DNA from: Eledone cirrhosa
Lineage: Eukaryota
NCBI GenBank assembly: GCA_964016885.1
Contig: OZ024757.1
Coordinates: 3,720,001 to 3,784,000 of the forward strand
Length of the DNA: 64,000 bases
Direction of reading: 5' to 3'
Below, in pieces: positions 42,634 to 56,700 of this stretch. Position 1 is the stretch's first letter, and the number at the start of each line of letters is the position of its first letter. The notes beneath the pieces are model-generated. The model was given only the letters and a program-made list of their open reading frames with translations, had not been told where the DNA came from and ran no database searches. The position numbers and the translations under genes are program-made.

Positions 42634-42694
<61 letters not shown>

Positions 42695-43214
42695 GTACTC
42701 TATTGATGGAGTTTTAAACCGGTTCTATCCTGATTACATACAAAAACGTAAACGTAATGAAGGCCTACAAATCGTCCTTTTTATTGTTGTAAATATATAT
42801 ATATATACTCCGCTTTTCAATTTGTTTTGCAAGATTTCTTATCTGAAAACGTGTGTTGAAACAGATATTGTTATACTTGGGGGGGGGGGGGGGTCATGCT
42901 TCCAGTATATATATATATATATATATATATACATTCTATTGTTTAAAATCAGAAAAGCTTTCACATCATCAAATAATAATATTTATCAGAAAAGCTTTCA
43001 CATCATCAAATAATAATATTTATATAGTTTATTTACACAAGACGTTGTAGAAATGTATGTGTGTATGTGTATCTGTATGGGTGCGTGTATTTAATTATAT
43101 TTGCATATGTATAAGTACGGGTATGTGTGTGTATTTGCAAGCTTGTATATATGTTAATGTGTGTAAGGGTGTGTATGTGTGAATGTATGTGTGTCGGTTC
43201 TCTCTCTCTCTCTC

Positions 43215-43262
<48 letters not shown>

Positions 43263-43464
43263 TGAGTAAAATCGAAGTTGCAGCTGCGATTAGCATCTTT
43301 CCAAAACAGTCCTCAGAAGCTGGCACGGAGCACTCAATGAGATGATATCGATAAATTATATCTTAGAGTAATAAACATACGTTAAGGGTGTGACATATAG
43401 AAAACTGTGGCCGGATAAAACTTGCCATAAAAACAACCACAACAACGAAATTACAGGTTAAAGA

Positions 43465-43527
<63 letters not shown>

Positions 43528-43780
43528 AAAACAATCAGGACCCCAACAGCTGAGCTCCGGCCGTTTCGACAGCTAGCTCTGTTCTAACCCAATTCAGAAG
43601 ATATATATTTTCCATATTGCATTACTTCGGAAAATTTAAACAAGACACTCTATTATTTTTCTCTCACCACCCACCCTCTCACCACTCCCATTCTCTTTCA
43701 CCACTCTCTTGCTGTGTCTTTATCGCCACTCTACCGCGCTCCCTTTGTGTGTGGTGGAACACACACATATATATATACAT

Positions 43781-43848
<68 letters not shown>

Positions 43849-44459
43849 CACTCGATTTCTTTACAGTCTTTAAATATTTGGGTCTACTAACCATAACTAT
43901 AATAAAGTAAGGAGTGCGGGACTGCGTCCCAAATATATTTTTTCATCCCGTTAGTAAAATAAGTTAGATTACTTTGAATAAATAATGAATGAATATTACA
44001 TAATTTATCTACTATATTTCGTAGCTCTTGATTAAACATAAATATTCTTATATATAATGATTGCTTATTTTAAGATTCACTTCTTTTGAAATTTTCAAAT
44101 GTCTACACTTCCGGTAAGCGATCGTTATTTCATAACACTTATTACATCGCTTATACAAACATCCTTATATTTGCATCGTTATATAAGGTTTCATTACATT
44201 TCACCGTGATGCAGTTTATATATAATATCGTCCTTTTAAATGTATCATGGATTACGTTACTGATTACATAAGATAGTGTAACACAGTCCCTCTTCAATTA
44301 CTGTATATATTGTCAATAACGATTTTATTTGATGTATCATATCTACATATATATATATGTGTGTATCATATAAACATGTACACTACACATGCTAGCAGAA
44401 AAACCACCCGAAGGGTTGTTATTCTGCTAGTATAAATAATAAAAACAATAATATTAATA

Positions 44460-44590
44460 ATGATTTCTACTTTAGGCACAAAGCCAGCAATTATATCGAC
44501 CCCAGAGCATTACTGGTACTTTATTTTATCGACCTGGTAATGATGAAAGGTAAAGCTAACCTCTACCGATAATGCCAATCCATTGCCAAT
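44460..44590 (-). mobile_element. Diverged, internally deleted tRNA-derived SINE
   Basis: tttctactttaggcacaa...ttactggtactttattttatcgacc...taccgataatgccaatcc. Confidence 0.7.
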
Positions 44591-44611
44591 ACTAATAATA
44601 ATGACAACAAA

Positions 44612-44770
44612 GCTCCAGGATTCGCAAATATATATACAACATAAAAACACAGCACTACTAAGGACTGCACACATGTTTTGAGGTGTACCCTCAATAGAAC
44701 AGAGGAAACACCACCATAAATAAACACTGCACATGCCCAAGAAACACAGAACTGTGCTCGGTAATACAGT
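44612..44770 (+). mobile_element. Extreme 3' remnant of an R4/Dong-like (RLE) non-LTR retrotransposon leading into the 48-bp array
   Basis: PGFANIY..NI..TALLRTAHM resembles the R4/Dong-type C-terminal motif (I)QKxALLGTAHILR; preceded by a short TAA run. Confidence 0.55.
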
Positions 44771-47700
44771 AACACTGCACATGCCCAAGACACACAAAGC
44801 TGTGCTCGGTAATACAGTAACACTGCACATGCCCAAAACACATAAAGCTGTGCTCGGTAATACAGTAACACTGCACATGCCCAAGACACACAGAACTGTG
44901 CTCGGTAATACAGTAACACTGCACATGCCCAAGATACACAGAACTGTGCTCGGTAATACAGTAACACTGCACATGCCCAAGACACACAAAGCTGTGCTCG
45001 GTAATACAGTCACACTGCACATGTCCAAGACACACAAAGCTGTGCTCGGTAATACAGTAACACTGCACATGCCCAAGATACACAGAACTGTGCTCGGTAA
45101 TACAGTAACACTGAACATGCCCAAGACACACAAAGTTGTGCTCGGTAATACAGTAATACTGCACATGTCCAAGACACATAAAGCTGTGCTCGGTAATACA
45201 GTAACTCTGCACATGTCCAAGACACACAGAACTGTGCTCGGTAATACAGTAACACTGCACATGCCCAAGACACACAGAACTGTGCTCGGTAATACAGTAA
45301 CACTGCACATGCCCAAGACACACAGAACTGTGCTCGGTAATACAGTAACACTGCACATGCCCAAGACACACAAAGCTGTGCTCGGTAATACAGTAACACT
45401 GCACATGTCCAAGACACACAGAACTGTGCTCGGTAATACAGTAACACTGCACATGCCCAAGACACACAAAGCTGTGCTCGGTAATACAGTAACACTGCAC
45501 ATGCCCAAGACACACAGAACTGTGCTCGGTAATACAGTAACACTGCACATACGCAAGACACACAAAGCTGTGCTCGGTAATACAGTAACACTGCACATGT
45601 CCAAGATACACAGAACTGTGCTCGGTAATACAGTAACACTGCACATGTCCAAGACACACAAAGCTGTGCTCGGTAATACAGTAACACTGCACATGTCCAA
45701 GATACACATAACTGTGCTCGGTAATACAGTAACACTGCACATGCCCAAGACACACAAAGGTGTGCTCGGTAATACAGTAACACTGCACATGTCCAAGATA
45801 CACAGAACTGTGCTCGGTAATACAGTAACACTGCACATGCCCAAGACACACAAAGCTGTGCTCGGTAATACAGTAACACTGCACATGTCCAAGATACACA
45901 GAATTGTGCTCGGTAATATAGTAACACTGCACATGCCCAAGACACACAGAACTGTCCTCGGCAATACAGTAACACTGCACATGCCCAAGACACACAAAGC
46001 TGTGCTCGGTAATACAGTAACACTGCACATACCCAAGACACACAGAGCTGTGCTCGGTAATACAGTCACACTGCACATGCCCAAGACAGACAGAACTGTG
46101 CTCGGTAATACAGTCACACTGCACATGCCCAAGACACACAGAGCTGTGCTCGGTAATACAGTAAGACTGCACATGCCCAAGACACACAAAGCTGTGCTCG
46201 GTAATACAGTAACACTGCACATGCCCAAGACACACAAAGCTGTGCTCGGTAATACAGTAACACTGCACATGCCCAAGACACACAGAGCTGTGCTCGGTAA
46301 TACAGTAACACTGCACATGCGCAAGACACACAAAGCTGTGCTCGGTAATACAGTAACACTGCACATGCCGAAGATACACAGAACTGTGCTCGGTAATACA
46401 GTAAAACTGCACATGCCCAAGAAACACAAAGCTGTGCTCAGTAATACAGTAACACTGCACATGTCCAAGACACACAAAGCTGTGCTCGGTAATACAGTAA
46501 CACTGCACATGCCGAAGATACACAGAACTGTGCTCGGTAATACAGTAAAACTGCACATGCCCAAGAAACACAAAGCTGTGCTCGGTAATACAGTAACACT
46601 GCACATGCCCAAGACACACAAAGCTGTGCTCGGTAATACAGTAACACTGCACATGTCCAAGACACACAAAGCTGTGCTCGGTAATACAGTAACACTGCAC
46701 ATGCCGAAGATACACAGAACTGTGCTCGGTAATACAGTAAAACTGCACATGCCCAAGAAACACAAAGCTGTGCTCGGTAATACAGTAACACTGCACATGC
46801 CCAAGACACACAAAGCTGTGCTCGGTAATACAGTAACACTGCACATGCCCAAGACACACAAAGCTGTGCTCGGTAATACAGTAACACTGCACATGCCGAA
46901 GATACACAGAACTGTGCTCGGTAATACAGTAAAACTGCACATGCCCAAGAAACACAAAGCTGTGCTCGGTAATACAGTAACACTGCACATGCCCAAGACA
47001 CACAAAGCTGTGCTCGGTAATACAGTAACACTGCACATGCCCAAGACACACAAAGCTGTGCTCGGTAATACAGTAAAACTGCACATGCCCAAGACACACA
47101 AAGCTGTGCTCGGTAATACAGTAACACTGCACATGCCCAAGACACACAGAACTGTGCTCGGTAATACAGTAACACTGCACATGCCCAAGACACACAAAGA
47201 TGTGCTCGGTAATACAGTAACACTGCACATGTCCAAGATACACAGAACTGTGCTCGGTAATACAGTAACACTGCACATGCCCAAGACACACAAAGCTGTG
47301 ATCGGTAATACAGTAACACTGCACTTGTCCAAGATACACAGAACTGTGCTCGGTAATACAGTAACACTGCACATGACCAAGACACACAGAACTGTGCTCG
47401 GTAATACAGTAACACTGCACTTATCCAAGACACACAAAGCTGTGCTCGGTAATACAGTCACACTGCACATGTCCAAGACACACAAAGCTGTGCTCGGTAA
47501 TACAGTAACACTGCACATGCCCAAGACACACAGAGCTGTGCTCGGTAATACAGTCACACAGCACATGCCCAAGACACACAAAGCTGTGCTCGGTAATACA
47601 GTCACACTGCACATGCCCAAGACACACAGAGCTTTGCTCGGTAATACAGTAACACTGCACATGCCCAAGACACACAGAGCTGTGCTCGGTAATACAGTAA

Positions 47701-50700
47701 CACTGCACATGCCCAAGATACACAGAACTGTCCTCGGTAATACAGTAACACTGCACATGTCCAAGACACACAAAGCTGTGCTCGTAATACAGTAACACTG
47801 CACATGCCCAAGACACACAATGCTGTGCTCGGTAATACAGTAACACTGCACATGTCCAAGATACACAGAACTGTGCTCGGTAATACAGTAACAGTGCACA
47901 TGCCCAAGACACACAGAACTGTGCTCAGTAATACAGTAACACTGCACATGCCCAAGATACACGGCACTGTGCTCGGTAATACAGTCACACTGCACATGCC
48001 CAAGACACACAGAGCTGTGCTCAGTAATACAGTAACACTGCACATGCCCAAGACACACAAAGCTGTGCTCGGTAATACAGTAACACTGCACATGCCCAAG
48101 ATACACATAACTGTGCTCGGTAATACAGTAACACTGCACATGTCCAAGACACACAAAGCTGTGCTCGGCAATACAGTAACACTGCACATGCCCAAGATAC
48201 ACAGAACTGTGCTCGGTAATACAGTAACACTGCACATACGCAAGACACACAAAGCTGTGCTCGGTAATACAGTAACACTGCACATGTCCAAGACACACAA
48301 AGCTGTGCTCGGTAATACCGTAACACTGCACATGTCCAAAATACACATAACTGTGCTCGGTAATACAGTAACACTGCACATGACCAAGACACACAAAGCT
48401 GTGCTCGGTAATACAGTAACACTGCACATGTCCAAGATACACAGAACTGTGCTCGGTAATACAGTAACACTGCACATGCCCAAGACACACAAAGCTGTGC
48501 TCGGTAATACAGTAACACTGCACTTGTCCAAGATACACAGAACTGTGTTCGGTAATACAGTAACACTGCACATGCCCAAGACACACAAAGCTGTGCTCGG
48601 TAATACAGTAACACTGCACATGCCCAAGACACACAGAACTGTGCTCGGTAATACAGTAACACTGAACATGCCCAAGACACACAAAGTTGTGCTCGGTAAT
48701 ACAGTAATACTGCACATGTCCAAGACACATAAAGCTGTGCTCGGTAATACAGTAACTCTGCACATGCCCAAGACACACAGAACTGTGCTCGGTAATACAG
48801 TAACACTGCACATGCCCAAGATACACAGAACTGTGCTCGGTAATACAGTAACACTGCACATGCCCAAGACACACAAAGCTGTGCTCGGTAATACAGTCAC
48901 ACTGCACATGTCCAAGACACACAAAGCTGTGCTCGGTAATACAGTAACACTGCACATGCCCAAGATACACAGAACTGTGCTCGGTAATACAGTAACACTG
49001 AACATGCCCAAGACACACAAAGTTGTGCTCGGTAATACAGTAATACTGCACATGTCCAAGACACATAAAGCTGTGCTCGGTAATACAGTAACTCTGCACA
49101 TGTCCAAGACACACAGAACTGTGCTCGGTAATACAGTAACACTGCACATGCCCAAGACACACAGAACTGTGCTCGGTAATACAGTAACACTGCACATGCC
49201 CAAGACACACAGAACTGTGCTCGGTAATACAGTAACACTGCACATGCCCAAGACACACAAAGCTGTGCTCGGTAATACAGTAACACTGCACATGTCCAAG
49301 ACACACAGAACTGTGCTCGGTAATACAGTAACACTGCACATGCCCAAGACACACAAAGCTGTGCTCGGTAATACAGTAACACTGCACATGCCCAAGACAC
49401 ACAGAACTGTGCTCGGTAATACAGTAACACTGCACATACGCAAGACACACAAAGCTGTGCTCGGTAATACAGTAACACTGCACATGTCCAAGATACACAG
49501 AACTGTGCTCGGTAATACAGTAACACTGCACATGTCCAAGACACACAAAGCTGTGCTCGGTAATACAGTAACACTGCACATGTCCAAGATACACATAACT
49601 GTGCTCGGTAATACAGTAACACTGCACATGCCCAAGACACACAAAGGTGTGCTCGGTAATACAGTAACACTGCACATGTCCAAGATACACAGAACTGTGC
49701 TCGGTAATACAGTAACACTGCACATGCCCAAGACACACAAAGCTGTGCTCGGTAATACAGTAACACTGCACATGTCCAAGATACACAGAATTGTGCTCGG
49801 TAATACAGTAACACTGCACATGCCCAAGACACACAGAACTGTCCTCGGCAATACAGTAACACTGCACATGCCCAAGACACACAAAGCTGTGCTCGGTAAT
49901 ACAGTAACACTGCACATACCCAAGACACACAGAGCTGTGCTCGGTAATACAGTCACACTGCACATGCCCAAGACAGACAGAACTGTGCTCGGTAATACAG
50001 TCACACTGCACATGCCCAAGACACACAGAGCTGTGCTCGGTAATACAGTAAGACTGCACATGCCCAAGACACACAAAGCTGTGCTCGGTAATACAGTAAC
50101 ACTGCACATGCCCAAGACACACAAAGCTGTGCTCGGTAATACAGTAACACTGCACATGCCCAAGACACACAGAGCTGTGCTCGGTAATACAGTAACACTG
50201 CACATGCGCAAGACACACAAAGCTGTGCTCGGTAATACAGTAACACTGCACATGCCGAAGATACACAGAACTGTGCTCGGTAATACAGTAAAACTGCACA
50301 TGCCCAAGAAACACAAAGCTGTGCTCGGTAATACAGTAACACTGCACATGTCCAAGACACACAAAGCTGTGCTCGGTAATACAGTAACACTGCACATGCC
50401 GAAGATACACAGAACTGTGCTCGGTAATACAGTAAAACTGCACATGCCCAAGAAACACAAAGCTGTGCTCGGTAATACAGTAACACTGCACATGCCCAAG
50501 ACACACAAAGCTGTGCTCGGTAATACAGTAACACTGCAAATGTCCAAGACACACAAAGCTGTGCTCGGTAATACAGTAACACTGCACATGCCGAAGATAC
50601 ACAGAACTGTGCTCGGTAATACAGTAAAACTGCACATGCCCAAGAAACACAAAGCTGTGCTCGGTAATACAGTAACACTGCACATGCCCAAGACACACAA

Positions 50701-53700
50701 AGCTGTGCTCGGTAATACAGTAACACTGCACATGCCCAAGACACACAAAGCTGTGCTCGGTAATACAGTAACACTGCACATGCCGAAGATACACAGAACT
50801 GTGCTCGGTAATACAGTAAAACTGCACATGCCCAAGAAACACAAAGCTGTGCTCGGTAATACAGTAACACTGCACATGCCCAAGACACACAAAGCTGTGC
50901 TCGGTAATACAGTAACACTGCACATGCCCAAGACACACAAAGCTGTGCTCGGTAATACAGTAAAACTGCACATGCCCAAGACACACAAAGCTGTGCTCGG
51001 TAATACAGTAACACTGCACATGCCCAAGACACACAGAACTGTGCTCGGTAATACAGTAACACTGCACATGCCCAAGACACACAAAGATGTGCTCGGTAAT
51101 ACAGTAACACTGCACATGTCCAAGATACACAGAACTGTGCTCGGTAATACAGTAACACTGCACATGCCCAAGACACACAAAGCTGTGCTCGGTAATACAG
51201 TAACACTGCACTTGTCCAAGATACACAGAACTGTGCTCGGTAATACAGTAACACTGCACATGACCAAGACACACAGAACTGTGCTCGGTAATACAGTAAC
51301 ACTGCACTTGTCCAAGACACACAAAGCTGTGCTCGGTAATACAGTCACACTGCACATGTCCAAGACACACAAAGCTGTGCTCGGTAATACAGTAACACTG
51401 CACATGCCCAAGACACACAGAGCTGTGCTCGGTAATACAGTCACACAGCACATGCCCAAGACACACAAAGCTGTGCTCGGTAATACAGTCACACTGCACA
51501 TGCCCAAGACACACAGAGCTTTGCTCGGTAATACAGTAACACTGCACATGCCCAAGACACACAGAGCTGTGCTCGGTAATACAGTAACACTGCACATGCC
51601 CAAGATACACAGAACTGTCCTCGGTAATACAGTAACACTGCACATGTCCAAGACACACAAAGCTGTGCTCGTAATACAGTAACACTGCACATGCCCAAGA
51701 CACACAGAACTGTGCTCGGTAATACAGTAACACTGCACATGTCCAAGATACACATAACTGTGCTCGGTAATACAGTAGCACTGCACATGCCCAAGACACA
51801 CAAAGCTGTGCTCGGTAATACAGTAACACTGCACATGCCCAAGACACACAGAACTGTGCTCGGTAATACAGTAACACTGCACATGCCCAAGACACACAAA
51901 GCTGTGCTCGGTAATACAGTAACACTGCACATGACCAAGACACACAGAGCTGTGCTCGGTAATACAGTCACACTGCACATGTCCAAGATACACAGAACTG
52001 TGCTCGGCAATACAGTAACACTGCACATGCCCAAGACACACAATGCTGTGCTCGGTAATACAGTAACACTGCACATGTCCAAGATACACAGAACTGTGCT
52101 CGGTAATACAGTAACAGTGCACATGCCCAAGACACACAGAACTGTGCTCAGTAATACAGTAACACTGCACATGCCCAAGATACACGGAACTGTGCTCGGT
52201 AATACAGTCACACTGCACATGCCCAAGACACACAGAGCTGTGCTCAGTAATACAGTAACACTGCACATGCCCAAGACACACAAAGTTGTGCTCGGTAATA
52301 CAGTAACACTGCACATGCCCAAGATACACATAACTGTGCTCGGTAATACAGTAACACTGCACATGTCCAAGACACACAAAGCTGTGCTCGGCAATACAGT
52401 AACACTGCACATGCCCAAGATACACAGAACTGTGCTCGGTAATACAGTAACACTGCACATACGCAAGACACACAAAGCTGTGCTCGGTAATACAGTAACA
52501 CTGCACATGTCCAAGACACACAAAGCTGTGCTCGGTAATACCGTAACACTGCACATGTCCAAAATACACATAACTGTGCTCGGTAATACAGTAACACTGC
52601 ACATGACCAAGACACACAAAGCTGTGCTCGGTAATACAGTAACACTGCACATGTCCAAGATACACAGAACTGTGCTCGGTAATACAGTAACACTGCACAT
52701 GCCCAAGACACACAAAGCTGTGCTCGGTAATACAGTAACACTGCACTTGTCCAAGATACACAGAACTGTGTTCGGTAATACAGTAACACTGCACATGCCC
52801 AAGACACACAAAGCTGTGCTCGGTAATACAGTAACACTGCTCATGCCCAAGATACACAGAACTGTGCTCGGTAATAAGGTAACACTGCACATACCCAAGA
52901 CACACAAAGCTGTGCTCGGTAATACAGTAACACTGCACATGCCCAAGACACACAGAACTGTGCTCGGTAATACAGTAACACTGCACATGTCCAAGATACA
53001 CAGAACTGTGCTCGGTAATACAGTAACACTGCACATGCCCAAGACACACAAAGCTGTGCTCGGTAATACAGTAACACTGCACTTGTCCAAGATACACAGA
53101 ACTGTGTTCGGTAATACAGTAACACTGCACATGCCCAAGACACACAAAGCTGTGCTCGGTAATACAGTAACACTGCACATGCCCAAGACACACAAAGCTG
53201 TGCTCGGTAATACAGTAACACTGCACATGTCCAAGATAAACAGAACTGTGCTCGGTAATACAGTAACACTGCACATGTCCAAGACACACAATGCTGTGCT
53301 CGGTAATACAGTAACACTGCACATGTCCAAGATAAACAGAACTGTGCTCGGTAATACAGTAACACTGCACATGTCCAAGACACACAAAGCTGTGCTCGGT
53401 AATACAGTAACACTGCACATGTCCAAGATAAACAGAACTGTGCTCGGTAATACAGTAACACTGCACATGTCCAAGACACACAATGCTGTGCTCGGTAATA
53501 CAGTAACACTGCACATGTCCAAGATAAACAGAACTGTGCTCGGTAATACAGTAACACTGCACATGTCCAAGACACACAAAGCTGTGCTCGGTAATACAGT
53601 AACACTGCACATGTCCAAGATAAACAGAACTGTGCTCGGTAATACAGTAACACTGCACATGTCCAAGACACACAAAGCTGTGCTCGGTAATACAGTAACA

Positions 53701-56700
53701 CTGCACATGTCCAAGATAAACAGAACTGTGCTCGGTAATACAGTAACACTGCACATGCCCAAGACACACAAAGCTGTGCTCGGTAATACAGTAACACTGC
53801 ACATGCCCAAGACACACAGAACTGTGCTCGGTAATACAGTAACACTGCACATGCCGAAGACACACAAAGCTGTGCTCGGTAGTACAGTAACACTGCACAT
53901 GTCCAAGATACACAGAACTGTGCTCGGTAATACAGTAACACTGCACATGTCCAAGACACACAAAGCTGTGCTCGGTAATACAGTAACACTGCACATGTCC
54001 TAGATACACAGAACTGTGCTCGGTAATACAGTAACACTGCACATGCCCAAGACACACAAAGCTGTGCTCGGTAATACAGTAACACTGCACATGCCCAAGA
54101 TACACAATGCTGTGCTCGGTAATACAGTAACACTGCACTTGTCCAAGATACACAGAACTGTGCTCGGTAATACAGTAACACTGCACATGTCCAAGACACA
54201 CAAAGCTGTGCTCGGTAATACAGTAACACTGCACATGTCCTAGATACACAGAACTGTGCTCGGTAATACAGTAACACTGCACATGCCCAAGACACACAAA
54301 GCTGTGCTCGGTAATACAGTAACACTGCACATGCCCAAGATACACAATGCTGTGCTCGGTAATACAGTAACACTGCACTTGTCCAAGATACACAGAACTG
54401 TGCTCGGTAATACAGTAACACTGCACATGCTCAAGACATACAAAGCTGTGCTCGGTAATACAGTAACACTGCACATGCCCAAGATACACAATGCTGTGCT
54501 CGGTAATACAGTAACACTGCACTTGTCCAAGATATACAGAACTGTGCTCGGTAATACAGTAACACTGCACATGTCCAAGATACACAGAACTGTGCTCGGT
54601 AATACAGTAACACTGCACATGCCCAAGACACACACAGCTGTGCTCGGTAATACAGTAACACTGCACTTGTCCAAGATACACAGAACTGTGCTCGGTAATA
54701 CAGTAACACTGCACATGTCCAAGATACACAGAACTGTGCTCGGTAATACAGTAACACTGCACATGCCCAAGACACACAATGCTGTGCTCGGTAATACAGT
54801 AACACTGCACTTGTCCAAGATACACAGAACTGTGCTCGGTAATACAGTCACACTGCACATGCCCAAGACACACAAAGCTGTGCTCGGTAATACAGTAACA
54901 CTGCACATGCCCAAGACACACAAAGCTGTGCTCGGTAATACAGTCACACTGCACATGCCCAAGACACACAAAGCTGTGCTCGGTAATACAGTAACACTGC
55001 ACATGCCCAAGACACACAATGCTGTGCTCGGTAATACAGTCACACTGCACATGTCCAAGACACACAAAGCTGTGCTCGGTAATACAGTAACACTGCACAT
55101 GCCCAAGACACACAGAGCTGTGCTCGGTAATACAGTAACACTGCACATGCCCAAGACACACAAAGCTGTGCTCGGTAATACAGTAGCACTGCACATGCCC
55201 AAGACACATAAAGCTGTGCTCGGTAATACAGTAACACTGCACATGTCCAAGACACACAGAGCTGTGCTCGGTAATACAGTAACACTGCACATGCCCAAGA
55301 CACACAGAACTGTGGTCGGTAATACAGTAACACTGCACATGCCCAAGACACACAAAGCTGTGCTCGGTAATACAGTAACACTGCACATGCCCAAGACACA
55401 CAAAGCTGTGCTCGGTAATACAGTAACACTGCACATGCCCAAGACACACAGAGCTGTGCTCGGTAATACAGTAACACTGCACATGCCCAAGACACACAGA
55501 GCTGTGCTCGGTAATACAGTAACACTGCACATGCCCAAGACACACAAAGCTGTGCTCGGTAATACAGTAACACTGCACATGCCCAAGACACACAAAGCTG
55601 TGCTCGGTAATACAGTAACACTGCACATGCCCAAGACACACAGAGCTGTGCTCGGTAATACAGTAACACTGCACATGCCCAAGACACACAAAGCTGTGCT
55701 CGGTAATACAGTAACACTGCACATGCCCAAGACACACAAAGCTGTGCTCGGTAATACAGTAACACTGCACATGCCCAAGACACACAAAGCTGTGCTCGGT
55801 AATACAGTAACACTGCACATGCCCAAGACACACAAAGCTGTGCTCGGTAATACAGTAACACTGCACATGTCCAAGACACACAGAGCTGTGCTCGGTAATA
55901 CAGTAACACTGCACATGCCCAAGACACACAAAGCTGTGCTCGGTAATACAGTAACACTGCACATGCCCAAGACACACAGAGCTGTGCTCGGTAATACAGT
56001 AACACTGCACATGCCCAAGACACACAGAGCTGTGCTCGGTAATACAGTAACACTGCACATGCCCAAGACACACAAAGCTGTGCTCGGTAATACAGTAACA
56101 CTGCACATGCCCAAGACACACAAAGCTGTGCTCGGTAATACACTAACACTGCACATGCCCAAGACACACAGAGCTGTGCTCGGTAATACAGTAACACTGC
56201 ACATGCCCAAGACACACAAAGCTGTGCTCGGTAATACAGTAACACTGCACATGCCCAAGACACACAAAGCTGTGCTCGGTAATACAGTAACACTGCACAT
56301 GCCCAAGACACACAAAGCTGTGCTCGGTAATACAGTAACACTGCACATGCCCAAGACACACAAAGCTGTGCTCGGTAATACAGTAACACTGCACATGCCC
56401 AAGACACACAGAGCTGTGCTCGGTAATACAGTAACACTGCACATGCCCAAGACACACAAAGCTGTGCTCGGTAATACAGTAACACTGCACATGCCCAAGA
56501 CACACAAAGCTGTGCTCGGTAATACAGTAACACTGCACATGCCCAAGACACACAGAGCTGTGCTCGGTAATACAGTAACACTGCACATGCCCAAGACACA
56601 CAGAGCTGTGCTCGGTAATACAGTAACACTGCACATGCCCAAGACACACAGAACTGTGCTCGGTAATACAGTCACACTGCACATGCCCAAGACACACAAA

